From the NCBI RefSeq assembly GCF_006345805.1, contig NC_043015.1:26722001-26786000 (forward strand): a DNA stretch of 64,000 bases, read 5' to 3'. The translations under genes were made by a program, and so were the position numbers. The notes beneath the pieces are model-generated. The model was not told the DNA's origin and did no database searches. It saw only the letters and a program-made list of their open reading frames with translations. The DNA is from Octopus sinensis. Its lineage: Eukaryota. Below are positions 27,893 through 41,239 of the stretch, in pieces. Each line of letters begins with the position of its first letter. Position 1 is the stretch's first letter.

Positions 27893-27939
27893 AATTGAAG
27901 AAATGGAGCTGAACGCAGATTGAACAGAAATCGTTTTAT

Positions 27940-28027
27940 TTCATTCTACACGTGTTTCGAAAGGCACAAATTACCAAAATCCGATTGAATAATGGGACCA
28001 TATTGTGTCTTTCTCTTCAGGAAGAAA
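27940..28027 (-). ncRNA. Putative type I hammerhead ribozyme (left arm of palindrome)
   Basis: Mirror image of 28277-28364. Confidence 0.7.
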
Positions 28028-28276
28028 AAAGGAAATCCGTTGGAAAAACAAAAACAGAACAGAGGCGGAGCAAAAAACAATCGAACTGTGCTCCTAAGAG
28101 CCCATGGCGAAAATGTTTATCAGTGTATGTTGAGAACCGGTGGCTGAAGAATTCTTCAGCCACCGGTTCTCAACATACACTGATAAACAGTTTCGCCATG
28201 GGCTCTTAGGAGCACAGTTCGATTTGTTTTTTGCTCCGCCTCTGTTCTGTTTTTGTTTTTCCAACGGATTTCCTTT

Positions 28277-28364
28277 TTTCTTCCTGAAGAGAAAGACACA
28301 ATATGGTCCCATTATTCAATCGGATTTTGGTAATTTGTGCCTTTCGAAACACGTGTAGAATGAA
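28277..28364 (+). ncRNA. Putative type I hammerhead ribozyme (right arm of palindrome)
   Basis: TTC-CTGAAGA(28284-90)-GAAAG.CACAA/TTGTG.CTTTC-GAAAC-ACGT-GTA(28355-57)-GAA. Confidence 0.72.
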
Positions 28365-28575
28365 ATAAAACGATTTCTGTTCAATCTGCGTTCAGCTCCA
28401 TTTCTTCAATTCACCAATAATGTTTTAATTTCAATTATCCGCACCAACGCACGGTTGCAACGCCAGATGGTTGTACCTCCAACCGTGCTGTTTACTGCTG
28501 TGATTTTTGCTACTAAGGTATCGGTTAAACTGTTGATTAATCTACTACAAGATTATTCATCTTTCTATTTCACAT

Positions 28576-28609
<34 letters not shown>

Positions 28610-28697
28610 TATGTATGTACGTAAGTAAATGTATATATGTATACATACATACATACATACATACATACATACATACATACATACATACATACATACA

Positions 28698-28728
<31 letters not shown>

Positions 28729-28939
28729 TTGTATATGTATATGCAGACGTATGTATGCAAGGTGGATTGGCAGATTCATTACAGCGTCAGACAAAATACC
28801 TAGCGATAATTCTTTCAGCTCTTTATGTTCTGAATTGAAATCCCTCCGATGATAACTTTGCCTTTCATCTCTCCGGGCTTCATAAATCAAAGTAGTTTTA
28901 GTGAAGTACGAAAGTCGAATTAATCGACTTAGGCCCTCT

Positions 28940-29780
28940 CGCCATATTTTTGACTATCAATATGAGAAACAATTTATATAATAGGATATGTTTCGATAAT
29001 CAAACACGGATTACGTCACAGCATATATGATAGTCTTCCCTTCAAAATATTCCACTACTATACAATACTAAACTATTAACGAAATCTTGTTAGTTGATTT
29101 TATCGATTATTATCTATTTGAGTTGGATATTGTAACACTATACTTTATTGTTTAACTTAATATCCACAGAATGATCACAATTTTCGTTGAAATTTCCGAG
29201 TATTCACACATTTTAGTTCTCTACTGTAGTAATTCTGCGATATATAGCGAGCAGTTATTAGAGTTTCCATACGATTCCATTAGACACAAGTTATTAATCA
29301 TTCAATTTTACAGAATGTATGAGGTATAATTGGTTTGCATTTGATATTGTTGTGTGACATTCATCATATCTTTGATTACTTCAGAATCAGCCTTCGATTT
29401 TATTGGTTATCATAATATAATCTTAAATATTCATCAGAAGACATTAATGATTTAATATTGAGAGTTAGTCATATTTTGAGGGTCACGGGTAATATCGTTG
29501 AGTAAACCTTCCGTTTTGTAGATCCTCTAACGTAATCCTTGCTTGCTTATCGGATTTTATCTTATATTATATAGCAACGACTTTGTTCGCTATCAAAGTG
29601 TAATCCTATAGTTTCATGGGATATTTCACATTAATCTACTTCTCTTATTGTACAGGAATGCATAATCATGCAGCTTGGCTTCAATATGGAAGCAAAGTTC
29701 AAGTTAATCCCATGGAGTTGTAAAATTTCATAGTTTCGTTGGATACTTCTGAGAAATCCTCCTGTTTCATTCCATAAAAT
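28940..29780 (-). pseudogene. Possible decayed LRR-like coding block 2
   Basis: EVSNETMK (~29727-49), EISHETIGL (~29600-28), MSHNNIKCKPIIPHTFCKIE*LITCV*WNRMETL. Confidence 0.3.
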
Positions 29781-30218
29781 AAGGCGTAGGTTTATAGTTT
29801 CTTCGATATTCTAAAATGTTATTGCATAAACACTGCAATAGATTTTGTTCACTCAGGGGACTTAGGTTCGTTTCCTGTCAGCAACAACACGGCACTATGT
29901 CGATGGCTAAAACATCGAAACTGTTTGCCCCTGGATGTAGACCTGTAGTGCTAAGGGGCGAAATATCAATCAACATACCCAAGTGAACGATACAACAGAT
30001 TCATCACTATGCTGTCATTCAACCTGCTAGAAGTAGCAGTTAACACTCGTTTAAAATACATTCTAATGTCTAAAACGGGGGGGGGGTATACTGCCCTAGA
30101 TACACCGCATTTCACAAGCGTTCTCAGCATGGTCACAACCTTAGGACTGAAACGTATAAAAGAATAAATGAAAGAATAGAAGAATATATATACACACACA
30201 TACATACATACATATATA

Positions 30219-30288
<70 letters not shown>

Positions 30289-30302
30289 TGTATATATACA
30301 TA

Positions 30303-30990
30303 TATTATGGCTGCCCCCTCGTTATCGAGTATGGCCATTGCACGAAGCTTAACTGTTACTGGTGCTGTGCTCGAATGTGACTTTTTAGCCCAGCTAAAGA
30401 TCTACAATGTCTTGTACAGAATTGGCAGCTAAAACCAGTAATAGCCGGCTGTAGTTGTAACTGGGCTTCATGTACCTTTGCATGTCGTTTAAGTCCTCCT
30501 GCCGAATTACACTCTCTTCCACATGCCTGACAGATATGATTAATATGGTGTGTAACACCTCCACCAGTGGCCAGGTTGTCACTCATCTGTCTCACTTTAT
30601 GACTACGAAGATGATTCTTGAGTCCAGCTTTACTGAGGCAGGGTCTTGCACAGACATTGCATGTCAGCATCAAAGGAAGACCCTTCCCTTCTGGAAATGT
30701 AACAGCGATGCCCTTCCTGACATCCCTCCTTACTTTCTCATGTGCAACTCGAGATTTCTCAAAAGTGGCTGTCTTCTCATGCACAATCCTTCTCCACCTG
30801 CTACGATCAATAGCTATGCCTTCCCATGTGTCAGGAGAGATGCAAGCATCTCTTAAGGAAGCCTTCAGCAAGTTCTTATACCTCTTTTTTGGTTTATGTG
30901 GAGGTCGTTCTCCTTTCGCAAACTCTCCATAAAAGAGTTGTTTTGGCATCCTTGAATCCTTCATTCTGACCAGATGACCACTCATGTTGC
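30303..30990 (-). mobile_element. RTE-clade LINE 3' end with three C-terminal C2H2 zinc fingers
   Basis: SGHLVRMKDSRMPKQLFYGE..KPKKRYK..DRSRWR, then three CxxCxRxCxSxxGLxxH motifs; tail into (TA)n. Confidence 0.85.
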
Positions 30991-31252
30991 ATGGTCGGGT
31001 TGTCGGCGACTAAACCGGCAACCCGATATACATATATATATATACATATAAACATACATATATATGTATGCCTATATACAACCACTATATCGCTTCAGTA
31101 TACGACCACTCTATCGCTTCAGCACCGCTTATGTCACTCTCAGACATTTAGAAATTCAATATTTCTAATTTCCGTGATCAGTGAATAAATTTTACTGATA
31201 ATATGATATATTTGCAGAGAGGTTGCGGTCATCTCAACGGGCGAGGCAGGCT

Positions 31253-31301
31253 ACCTTGAACTGACGATGAGCAATACACTCAGAAACATATGTCTTCAGG
31301 T
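31253..31301 (+). ncRNA. Putative minimal type I hammerhead ribozyme
   Basis: CTTGAA-CTGACGA-TGAG caataca CTCA-GAAAC-ATAT-GTC-TTCAGG. Confidence 0.65.
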
Positions 31302-31599
31302 GCCTTGTCCCGGCTTGCGGAGGTCATTGCCTCCCCTTTGCAAATATAAGGACACAGAAAATGTGTCAAAGCCGACAGGAGACGTCGATGTTTCCTAAGG
31401 CTAAATGGCGGTGGTGTAATTCCCCCACGGGACTGTCACATTGAGTTGACAGTATACGACCACTATTAAAAAAATGTTTTACATCATATTGTATACAACT
31501 AGACAAAAGTTGGTTACCCATAGGCATGTTCTTTGATAACAATTTGTTTGTAGTGTTGTTCGTTCTGACAGTAAACCCTTTGTCAGTACAGTTGAAAAG

Positions 31600-32830
31600 A
31601 AGCCTTAAGCTACATTTCTTGAATAATAAATTGGACAGAAATTTATGCTACACACGCCATTCTTGTGGGCAAACTGAAGTTGTAATATTTACGCATTAAA
31701 AGTGAGTTAGATCTGGTCACATTGCCAGAAACATAGGAATGGATAAATGTTCCCATATAAAAATCACTTGCGAAAAGAATGATCACCGAATGAGAAACAT
31801 GGATGACAATGGGGTGTCTGTACCCCCCACGCCGTCTCCATTAACTAATGCTATAAGTGTCTCGAATTTGGTGAGAATACATCGGTGCTCTGAGTAAAGT
31901 TAGACTGACAAAAAAAAAGCAGTTCAGCAAGATTCAGAAAGTATGAAAACCAGAGATGTACACATATTAAGATCATATCCCTTAATATTTTCCGTGGGAA
32001 ACTAAACAGGATATTTGAAGCAATCTGCAACTTGGACATCAAAACTATTAATATTCTAGATACAATAGGATACATCTATATCAAGAAAGACACCTGAGTG
32101 GTCTGTAATTTGGACTCAAGACTACAGATATACTCAACACAAGTGGGTAGAATTATAATAACAGAGAAACTGACAGGACCTGTTAGAAAAGGGATGGCAG
32201 CACAAACATAAAATCAGTCGAAAGTTCCAGAGTATAGCGCTTCGTGTCGATGACACTAGAGCCATTGACAGGAAGTGGTGAAATCATGAGTGGGTATACT
32301 AATTAAACAAAAACACAGAGGTGAAACACTCATAGCAGAGAGATAAACGCAGAAAACAAAGGCAAGAGGGTACCAAGAACATTGGTGGAAAGAGTAACCT
32401 CCCTTGGATCTATGAATTATGCATTAAATTGCACCTTCAAGAATATGCCTTCCTTACTTAGGAACATGATATAACTGCCAAATATCTGATCAATAAAAGA
32501 GATAAGGATGCCTCCGAACAATTGCATTGTAATAGAAAATGTCCATTGTGGTATACCAGTGTGGAATATGTCACCCCCATCATTAACAGAAGTTCAAAAA
32601 TGTCCGAAAGGTGCTACTTTCCCATGAGACATGAAATTGTTGCCAAACTGTTAACCAATGCTAACCGCAAAAAAGTATAGCCTTAGTGGCGATGTACAGT
32701 AGAACCAGAATGTATTCCCATCTTGATAAATATTGGTGGAATATTCCAATAAAAAGCAGCTATTTTGTGTCAATACATCAAACCTTGTCGGATATTGTTT
32801 TGTTGAATAGGAATGCCGCTGCCAGTACGT
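31600..32830 (+). mobile_element. Old degraded RLE-type (R4-like) retrotransposon remnant
   Basis: IGMDKCSHIK..ICNLDIKT..ITAKYLINKRDKD..CNRKCPL..MRHEIVAK..KYWWNIPIK. Confidence 0.6.
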
Positions 32831-33413
32831 GTGAGTGTCCGCTCTGAACTTATGGCAAAATATTATTATGAATGAAGGAGAATCTGACAAGTCTTGTATC
32901 TTTACCGCCGATTCTTATTTGTACCAGAAATCAGAACAAACCTATGTAACAAATGGTTTGCGTAAGCACAAACAAACGCGAGAAAGCAAACTGACTCTTT
33001 ACCTCCAAATCAGAAGTATACTAATAGGTCGACAAATGGATACATGAAGAGAGTGATAGATATACAGATGGGGTGATTTTGTTCTATAAACATCCACTCA
33101 TGCATATGTTCATAAAATCATGCATAAATGTGTGTGAGGTATTGGTATTCCTTCCTTTTTGAGGTTTACTACTCATTTTCGTAAGACACCCCCGTACCAT
33201 TTTCTGTACCCATCCCTCAAGTTTAGTGCCTTTCAAACATATCACTCCACCTCCCACTCCTCATGCATATTCGTTTCTTAAGTTCTTATCTCTTCCTATC
33301 CCTCCCCTATTCCTCTCCCATCCCCCTCATATTTTAACAACCAACTAACACTACTTTTTTCACTTCTTTTTTTCCTTTTCTCTTGCCGTGTATGTGTCAT
33401 TCCCAGGGTGAGT

Positions 33414-33575
<162 letters not shown>

Positions 33576-34679
33576 AGATGTAGATATACTCAGCAGGCCT
33601 CAAAATACTCATCCATGTCCGAGGACTCAGTTTGCTTCAGTGCTCGTGGATCATTTACTACATGATTTCTTGAGTGAACGGCATGGCCTGTTTTGCTTCG
33701 TGTCACAAAGCCACAATGGCAAGTGAAGTCTCCATTTAGAGGAGCAGCGTCTATATATATATATATATATATATATTATGAATGAAGGAGAATCTGACAA
33801 GTCTTGTATCTTTACCGCCGATTCCTATTTGTATATATAATATATATATATATATACGTGTGTGCGTGTGTGTGAGTGTGTGTATACGTAAGCAACAAGT
33901 ATAAATGAGATTATCTGAAAAAGAACGAAAGATAAACTGACATGGAAATTTTCTCGTCAGCCATGGAGGCGCAGGAAACCAGCGTAGTTTCGGTAGTTAG
34001 GCTTTAAATTCCATGGTGCTACAATTGTTTTTGCGCCCGCGACAGAGGGAATAATCACTGATGTGATGGACAAACAACAAACAAAACTAGGACAGCAAAT
34101 TAATATAATGGAATATGTCTACATACACACACCCACTCACGTACATACACACTCACCCACTCAAATATATATAAATGTACACATACATACGCTTATTCTA
34201 TATGAGCATACATACACATACATATGTACGCGTATGTATGTATGGTGCCAGTATCAATACGCGTTTGTGTGTGTGCGTGTGTGTGTGTATGCGAGTGTGT
34301 GTGTGCCTGTGTGCACGTGTGTGTGCGTCTGCAGACAACCAATCATATCAGTAGATTGACTGATTGCTTGATTGATTGATTTTCCTATCTCAAAATGTAG
34401 TTAACGGAAAAGAAAGAAAAACCAACAGAAAAAACCAGTAGAATCAGAAAGAGGAAAAGAGAAAAGCATTGTGTGTGTGAGAGAGAGAATGAGAGAGAGA
34501 CAGAGACAGAGAGGAGGAGAGAGAGAGGAAGAGAAAGAGAGAGAGACAGAGACAGAGAGGAGGAGAGAGAGAGAAAGAGAGAGATGCTGAAACTAAACAT
34601 ATTTAGGAATGTGTGAAATACAAACAGTGGGAAAAATAGAGATAAAAACAGCAACAACAACAGCGATAATAACAACAAC

Positions 34680-34716
<37 letters not shown>

Positions 34717-34728
34717 GTAGTAGTAGTT

Positions 34729-34776
<48 letters not shown>

Positions 34777-34788
34777 AAAATAATAATA

Positions 34789-34826
<38 letters not shown>

Positions 34827-35105
34827 GTAAATGGTGTTAGCGCAAACAGTGCGGAATTTGCGATTGTTTTTGATTAGGATGTTGTTATGGAGGATTGAAC
34901 AGAAAGAGATAACAGAGACGGTGTTACTCTGTGCTTAATAGACAGAGACACACAGAGTTATATATACGTACACATAAATACACTTCACATGTATACACAC
35001 CAACACTTCATGTGTGTGTGTGTGTGTGTGTGTATGTGCATACATGTATTTATGCTTGTACGTGTGCGCTCGCGTGTGTATGTATGTATATGTATATATA
35101 TATAT

Positions 35106-35155
<50 letters not shown>

Positions 35156-36407
35156 TCTATCTATGTCTCTTGTTATATGAATTCGATGGTTTTGTATCAA
35201 AGCATAGCGAGATACATTGATTATATATATGTATATGTCTGACGAAACTACACGCTGTAGAATCTCTCGAGAAACAGCCTACTCGTCGGTCCTTAAGTGG
35301 TAAGAAGCTCTCACGAGAGCTGAACGGCTGAAGGTCTTCGGAGAAGATTGACATGCAAGAAATAACAACTGAAGATCTCCCTAAAATTTCGCACCACTCT
35401 CATAAAACGTATGATTATTGTATAACAAGGTCCAGAAAAAATATCTTTGATGGCCACAGTCGGATTGCCTTCAACCACAGATGTTTTCGATCAAGGGTTT
35501 GGATTGCCACCGTGTAGCCGCTTAATCAACAAGATACGGCAGCTAAATTCCCTCTCCCTGTTCACAGATCAGTCTTAAGTCATGAGAAGTAATTGAATTA
35601 TGTTGAGAAAAATAAATGAAAATAACAATTAAAAAATGCCACTGATAGTCACAGCTGGAACGTATTTCATTACACATCTGGTCTGAACTTGGGTTAAGCA
35701 AAAACAGCAGAAGAAGCATTAACAACAATTAATATATTTATTCGTCCCCAAAATCTGTTGAACTTAAGTATGACTGTTGTTTCTGTTGAACTTAAATATG
35801 ACTGTTGTTGCTGTTGCTGTTGTTGTTTTGAAGGTAACCGAATCAAGGGAATGAGGTCAGCAAGATGAAAAAGCACAACTTTGTGTGACATTCAGGTAAT
35901 TAGTAAAAACTGCTGGCATCTTTCTTAATATGATTTCACTTGGAAATTAGCATTAGTTAGAATCTGTTAATTGACACATCCAATTTGCACTAATATCTAA
36001 TTGCTACAACATCGCTAGTTGAGCTCAATGAGGATTTCAGTCGATTTGTTTTTATTTACTGTTTGTTTGTTTTTTGTGCGTGATTTTCTTTATATTTTAA
36101 GACGTTTTGTTGTTTCTTGTTGTTGTTGCAAGGTTTTTAATCGAGGAGTGATAAAAAGATTTTTAAAATATATTTTGTAATTGTTAGTTTGTATTTTTTG
36201 CTGTAGTTTGCTGATAGTTTTACATTTGTTTTTATTTGGAACTACAAATTAGAAAACAAACATTTTTGTTTTCTTTTTCGTTGATTTTCTATTCTAAACA
36301 ATCACTTCATCGATAAAAAATAATCATTTTCTTTTTGATTTTCTCTCTTTTTTTTTTTCTTCTGATATAAAGATCAGATAATGACATATTATTTTTATTA
36401 ACATGGT

Positions 36408-36439
<32 letters not shown>

Positions 36440-37727
36440 TTTTGTTTGTTTGTTTATTTGATTGAACCTAACTCAACCCCGATAGAACAGACCAATAATC
36501 AAATTGTTTTTCTGTCGTCGACATCTCTTCTTGTTAACGATATATAGAATTATGTTAACGAAAATGTCCTGTCCTTATATAAGACAATATAGCATGCTTT
36601 GAGGGCTACTTGTCTACTATATCTAACAGTTTAAGAGAGCATCTAGATGTGGCTTCCTTCGATCGTGTAGAAACTCAGTAATCTGTAGGGAAACTCGGTG
36701 AATTGTTTGGAGCTGCATTTGAATTCAACACAAGTAACCCCAACCACCAATTCGTTGATCAAGTCTGATAAAAAGAGTTGCATCATTTTTTCTGACTGCT
36801 TGCACGTTGAGTTGAAATAAACCGGGGTGCACTTTACATTTTTTCCTCTCGGGAACTATCAAAAGGTATCAATCCGGTGCTGATTCACACCTCTTTCCAT
36901 TAAGCTGTTATATTTTGGATGCTCTACTGGCTATTCGCGAAAGCATGGTACAATTCTACCAACCGATACTCGTTTGTGATGGTTGTATCTTTTAAGTTGC
37001 AGAGTACAGGGATTATGATTTGCACAAAAGGTGCCACCTCGGCAACGACATAATCCACTATCTTAGCCAACCAGACATATGTTCTTTTCCAACAATTTAC
37101 TCATCATAAAACTTATTATTTTTTACTCTCATTGAATTCCGACTAAACGCACGTGAAAAGTCACTCCAAGCTTTACAATCTTGCTGCATTTTCTGTTGCT
37201 TTCATTTCTTTTTTTATTTTTTCGTTTTTGGTTTTTACTTTTTTGTATATATCAAATATTTTTAATACATAAATGTATCTAATTGTTTAAATATGGTACA
37301 AAAACTGATAACGATATCTATTAAGCTGCTGTTTCTGGAAGAATGAACCACCACATAGAGGCTTCGTGTTGGTATCGTTGATTATATTATTGTCTAACCC
37401 CAGCTTTGATATATATATATATAAATTAGGAGAACTGATTTACAGATCCAGGTTTTATTACACAGTTAATCACAGCTTTCCAGGTTTTATTACAGTTAAT
37501 CACAGCTTTCCATGTATCAGTCCCTACATATGCTTCCGCTGCAGGTTAGTGCAAACTGCAACATTTACATCTAGATATGCATTTTGCTGTTAATTACTGA
37601 TGACGCTTCGTCAGGGTACAATTTACCTGCATTTCAGATACCATCTAAGCAGAGTATTAGTTCAAACAAAATTGTTCTTACATGTGGTATTAGTGTTCCT
37701 AAAAATAACCTAAATTTTGACCTTTTC

Positions 37728-38430
37728 AGCTCTACAGGCACGAATGTGCTCTCAGACGGGCCTTCCGAGGTGCGCGCAGAGTGACGAAACCGTTCTGCAT
37801 GCCCTCGATCAGTGTCCTGGCATTGCTGACTTGTGAGGTTATGTCGAACAGCTGCTGTTACGTGTGGGACGGATCCGTCTATCGGCCGAATCTGTAGTGA
37901 TGATCGCAACCCCGCCCTCCTTCAGTCTGGCAGGCAAGGCGACTTTCCTTTGCCTGGTGGCTGTAACGAAAGAGGTTGTTTGGTTGAAAAGGCTGAAAGG
38001 CATGAGGACTGATACATTCCTCTGTGGTTGAGCTCTCATTGACTTTTTCAAGTTTTACTTGAAAAAGAAATTAAGAGTGGAGAGGGAAGTGCTGTCCTCG
38101 AGTGAGTTTATTGAAAGGTGAGTGAAAGTTGTGAAAATGGCAAGGTGAGTGAAAGTTGTGAAAATGGCAAGAGTCAGAGAGAAGGAATTGGAGAGGGCAC
38201 TTGCTCCTCGGATTTCAGGGAAATCTTTGACAGTGCAGTTCCTCGATTACCCTAGATTATCCCCGCCACTTTTTTTTTTCAAACCTTTGTATGTTATCCA
38301 TATGTCCGTCCCTTTTCATTCTATATCGTGTATACATTCTTTCATTATTTTTATCATTTCATTATGCGTAAACACCCACACTTATCTTTGTATTGTCCCC
38401 CTCATACTTCACCCTTGTGGCATATAAATG

Positions 38431-38433
<3 letters not shown>
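37728..38433 (+). mobile_element. L1/Tx1 3' end with 3' UTR, followed by (ATC)n
   Basis: DETVLHALDQCPGIADL..YVEQLL.RVGRIRLS..FLCLVAV.KE.VW; same family as 19981-21040. Confidence 0.8.
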
Positions 38434-38468
<35 letters not shown>

Positions 38469-38550
38469 TTCATCATCATCCTCATCATCATCATCATCAA
38501 CATTATTATTATCATTTGTATTTTTAATGTTATTATTATAATTATTTTAT

Positions 38551-38945
38551 GGCGGTGAGCTGGCAGGATCGTTTGCCCGCCGAGCGAAATGCTTAGCGGT
38601 ATTTCATCTGCCGTTACGTTGTGAGTTCAAATTCCAAGGTCAAATTGCCTTTGATCCTTTCGGGGTCGATTAAACAAGTACCAGTTACGCACTGGGGTCG
38701 ATATAATCGACTTAATCCGTTTATCTGTCCTTGTTTGTCCTCTCTGTGTTTAGCTCCTTGTGGGTAGTAAAGATATAGGTATTTCGTCTGCCGCTACGTT
38801 CTGTGTTCAAATTCCGCTGAATTCGACTTTGCCTTTAATCATTTCAGGGTTGACTAAATAAGTACAAATTACGCACTGGGATCGATGAAATGGACCTAAT
38901 CCCCCACCCATCAAGTTGCCCTTGTGGCAAACATTTGAAATCACC
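38551..38945 (+). mobile_element. SINE family A, dimeric form
   Basis: ggcggtgagctggcagg head; the ggtatttcgtctgcc..gttcaaattcc..gttacgcactgg core occurs twice. Confidence 0.85.
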
Positions 38946-39218
38946 ATTATTATAATTGTTGTTGTTGTTAATAATAAGCTATTGATCTATTATTTAATTT
39001 GCTAATTTATAATTAATTTTATTATATTTAGGGGTATAATTAATTTTATTCGCTTATTATTTTGTGCTTTGGTTTCCCTCCTTCCGATTCTAATCTTCAC
39101 ATTACGTACCGTTCAGTTATTTGAATCGCTTAAACATATACTCTGATTGATGAGCACACACACACACTTACACACACATACATACATACATACATACATA
39201 CATACATACATACATACA

Positions 39219-39282
<64 letters not shown>

Positions 39283-39310
39283 CATAATATATATGTGTGT
39301 GTGTGTGTAT

Positions 39311-40014
39311 GTAACTCTTCTGGCCGGTCTCCATTAAGTTGGTGAATGCTGCCATAATGCTTGAATTAATCTTTGGTGTTATAAGGAATTTGTTGGTCTC
39401 TCGCTCAACAACACCCCACACATAATAATCAAGCGGATTGCAGTCTGGGGAGTTAGGTGGCCAGATATTAGGGGTGATATGGTTGCAGAAATTGTCTGAC
39501 AGCCATGACTGGATACTTCTGCTTGTTTGGTATGGTGCAGATTCTTGTTGCCAGATATAGGATCTATGAGTAGTCAGCCTCATGACCCAGGTCAGCACTA
39601 CATCCTCCAGGCACTTTATGTAGGCCTCCGTGTTGAGTGTGAGACCGTGTGGGAAGATGTATGAAGGCATAACGTCACTATCACTAGTGGTCGCTCCAAA
39701 CACCATGCTATTGACGGGATGTTGAATTTTTATCACTCTCGGTACATGTTTTAGCAACACGGCAATCGAACGGCTGTTCTGTATGATCACCATCTGTTCG
39801 TATTGAAGCTTCCGGCGCCAATGCTAAGAAGTAGAGCATCTCGTTTCCAAATTTTTAGCAGAGTGAATTGCATCTTGGTGCTGTTTTTTCTTACAGACGG
39901 TGCCCAATTGACTCTACTGTACTGTGTAGTTTGACAAAATCAAAGACAAACATTGTGCATGCGCAGAATTAAGAATATAAAATGAAATGGCGAAAATTTA
40001 CCCATCACACCCTG
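39311..40014 (-). mobile_element. Internally deleted maT-type (DD37D) Tc1/mariner element
   Basis: QQESAP(D->E)...WPPNSPDCNPLD with 37-residue spacing; terminus CAGGGTGTGATGGGTAAA at 40014 next to TA. Confidence 0.8.
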
Positions 40015-41074
40015 TATATATATATATACATATTTACACATACATACATACATACATACATACATACATACATACATACACACATACATACATACATACA
40101 TACATCTATTATCTATACACTAAAATTGGCTGAAATATACGGGTGGACTATGCGGGTGAATTGGGTGTGTACGGACCCATGGGAACATTGATATCGAGTT
40201 TAAATCCCAGCGGTTCGCCCATCTTTTTTCAGTCGTTTCACTTTAGTCGCTTTAAATGGAACGTTCATTATTATAAATAATATACGATTATAGTTATTGT
40301 TTAAAAGGACCTTTGAGTTTCGCTCTTCTCCGTAACTTACAGATTCGAGTTTGTTTGAAAATTTATAAATATATATATATATTTATGTTTATATATATTT
40401 CAGCCTTGTTAAGCTTCACAGTACAAATTATGGGCCCGTTTTTGTAACTCCAATCACAACTGTATCTCGTGAAAGTATCAAGGGTTTAAGGTTTAACAAG
40501 CTAAGCTTGATAACTTTGGTGAATTTAAGACGAAAAGCAATAGAAAAAATACATGAAACTGTCTAGATGAAGTAAATTGGATTTTCTATCTGTCAACTGA
40601 GAAAGATGCAATTCTCAGCAGTTTTAGCTTTGGAAATTCCAATTAGAGAAAATTGTTTCATGGCAAACTATTCTTTCCACATCGATTATATCGAAACGTA
40701 TATGCATGCATACGTACATACATAAATAAATAAATACATACATACATACTCACATATACATGCATGCCTACATAGATACATACATACACACGAACAGATA
40801 TTCATGCATTCATAGATGCACGATTATATACATATAGACATGTGTATTTATATACAAACATATCTACATACATATATTTATGCGTATCATTGTTTTCATG
40901 TACATATGTGTTTGTTTGTGTGTGCATTTTATGCGTGTTTTTATGTGCGTTTGTGTGTGTTTTCGCGCGTGTGTAGGGTCACACATGCCCGCACACAAAT
41001 TCCAGAAAAGCTGTGATTTTACACGCAACCTATTTGAAATTATCCAAATCTCTGGAGTAAATCGGAATTGATAT

Positions 41075-41109
<35 letters not shown>

Positions 41110-41239
41110 GCATGTCTAAAAAAATCCTATTATACATATTGAATGATCCTTAAGTCATTTTTTATTAAAACATTTCATTTTCCAAATTTAATAGAATCTG
41201 CGGAGAGAATTTGATATCCTATTGCCACCAGTTTTCTGA

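Larger units (their letters stand above)
27891..28413. repeat. Spacer-less ~523-bp palindrome (arms ~261 bp)
   Basis: Centre between 28151 and 28152 (gaagaa|ttcttc); one substitution and one 1-nt indel seen between the arms. Confidence 0.98.

Noticed and set aside
27952-28358. Near-identical ORFs on opposite strands
   Set aside because: A direct consequence of the palindrome; no coding signature
30356-30700. Host C2H2 zinc-finger gene
   Set aside because: The fingers are in frame with RTE ORF2 C-terminal motifs and followed by a retroposon tail
35239-35280. Hammerhead-like CTGACGA-CTACA/TGTAG-GAAT-CTCTCGAGA
   Set aside because: GAAA core mutated and no helix I or cleavage triplet; at best a relic
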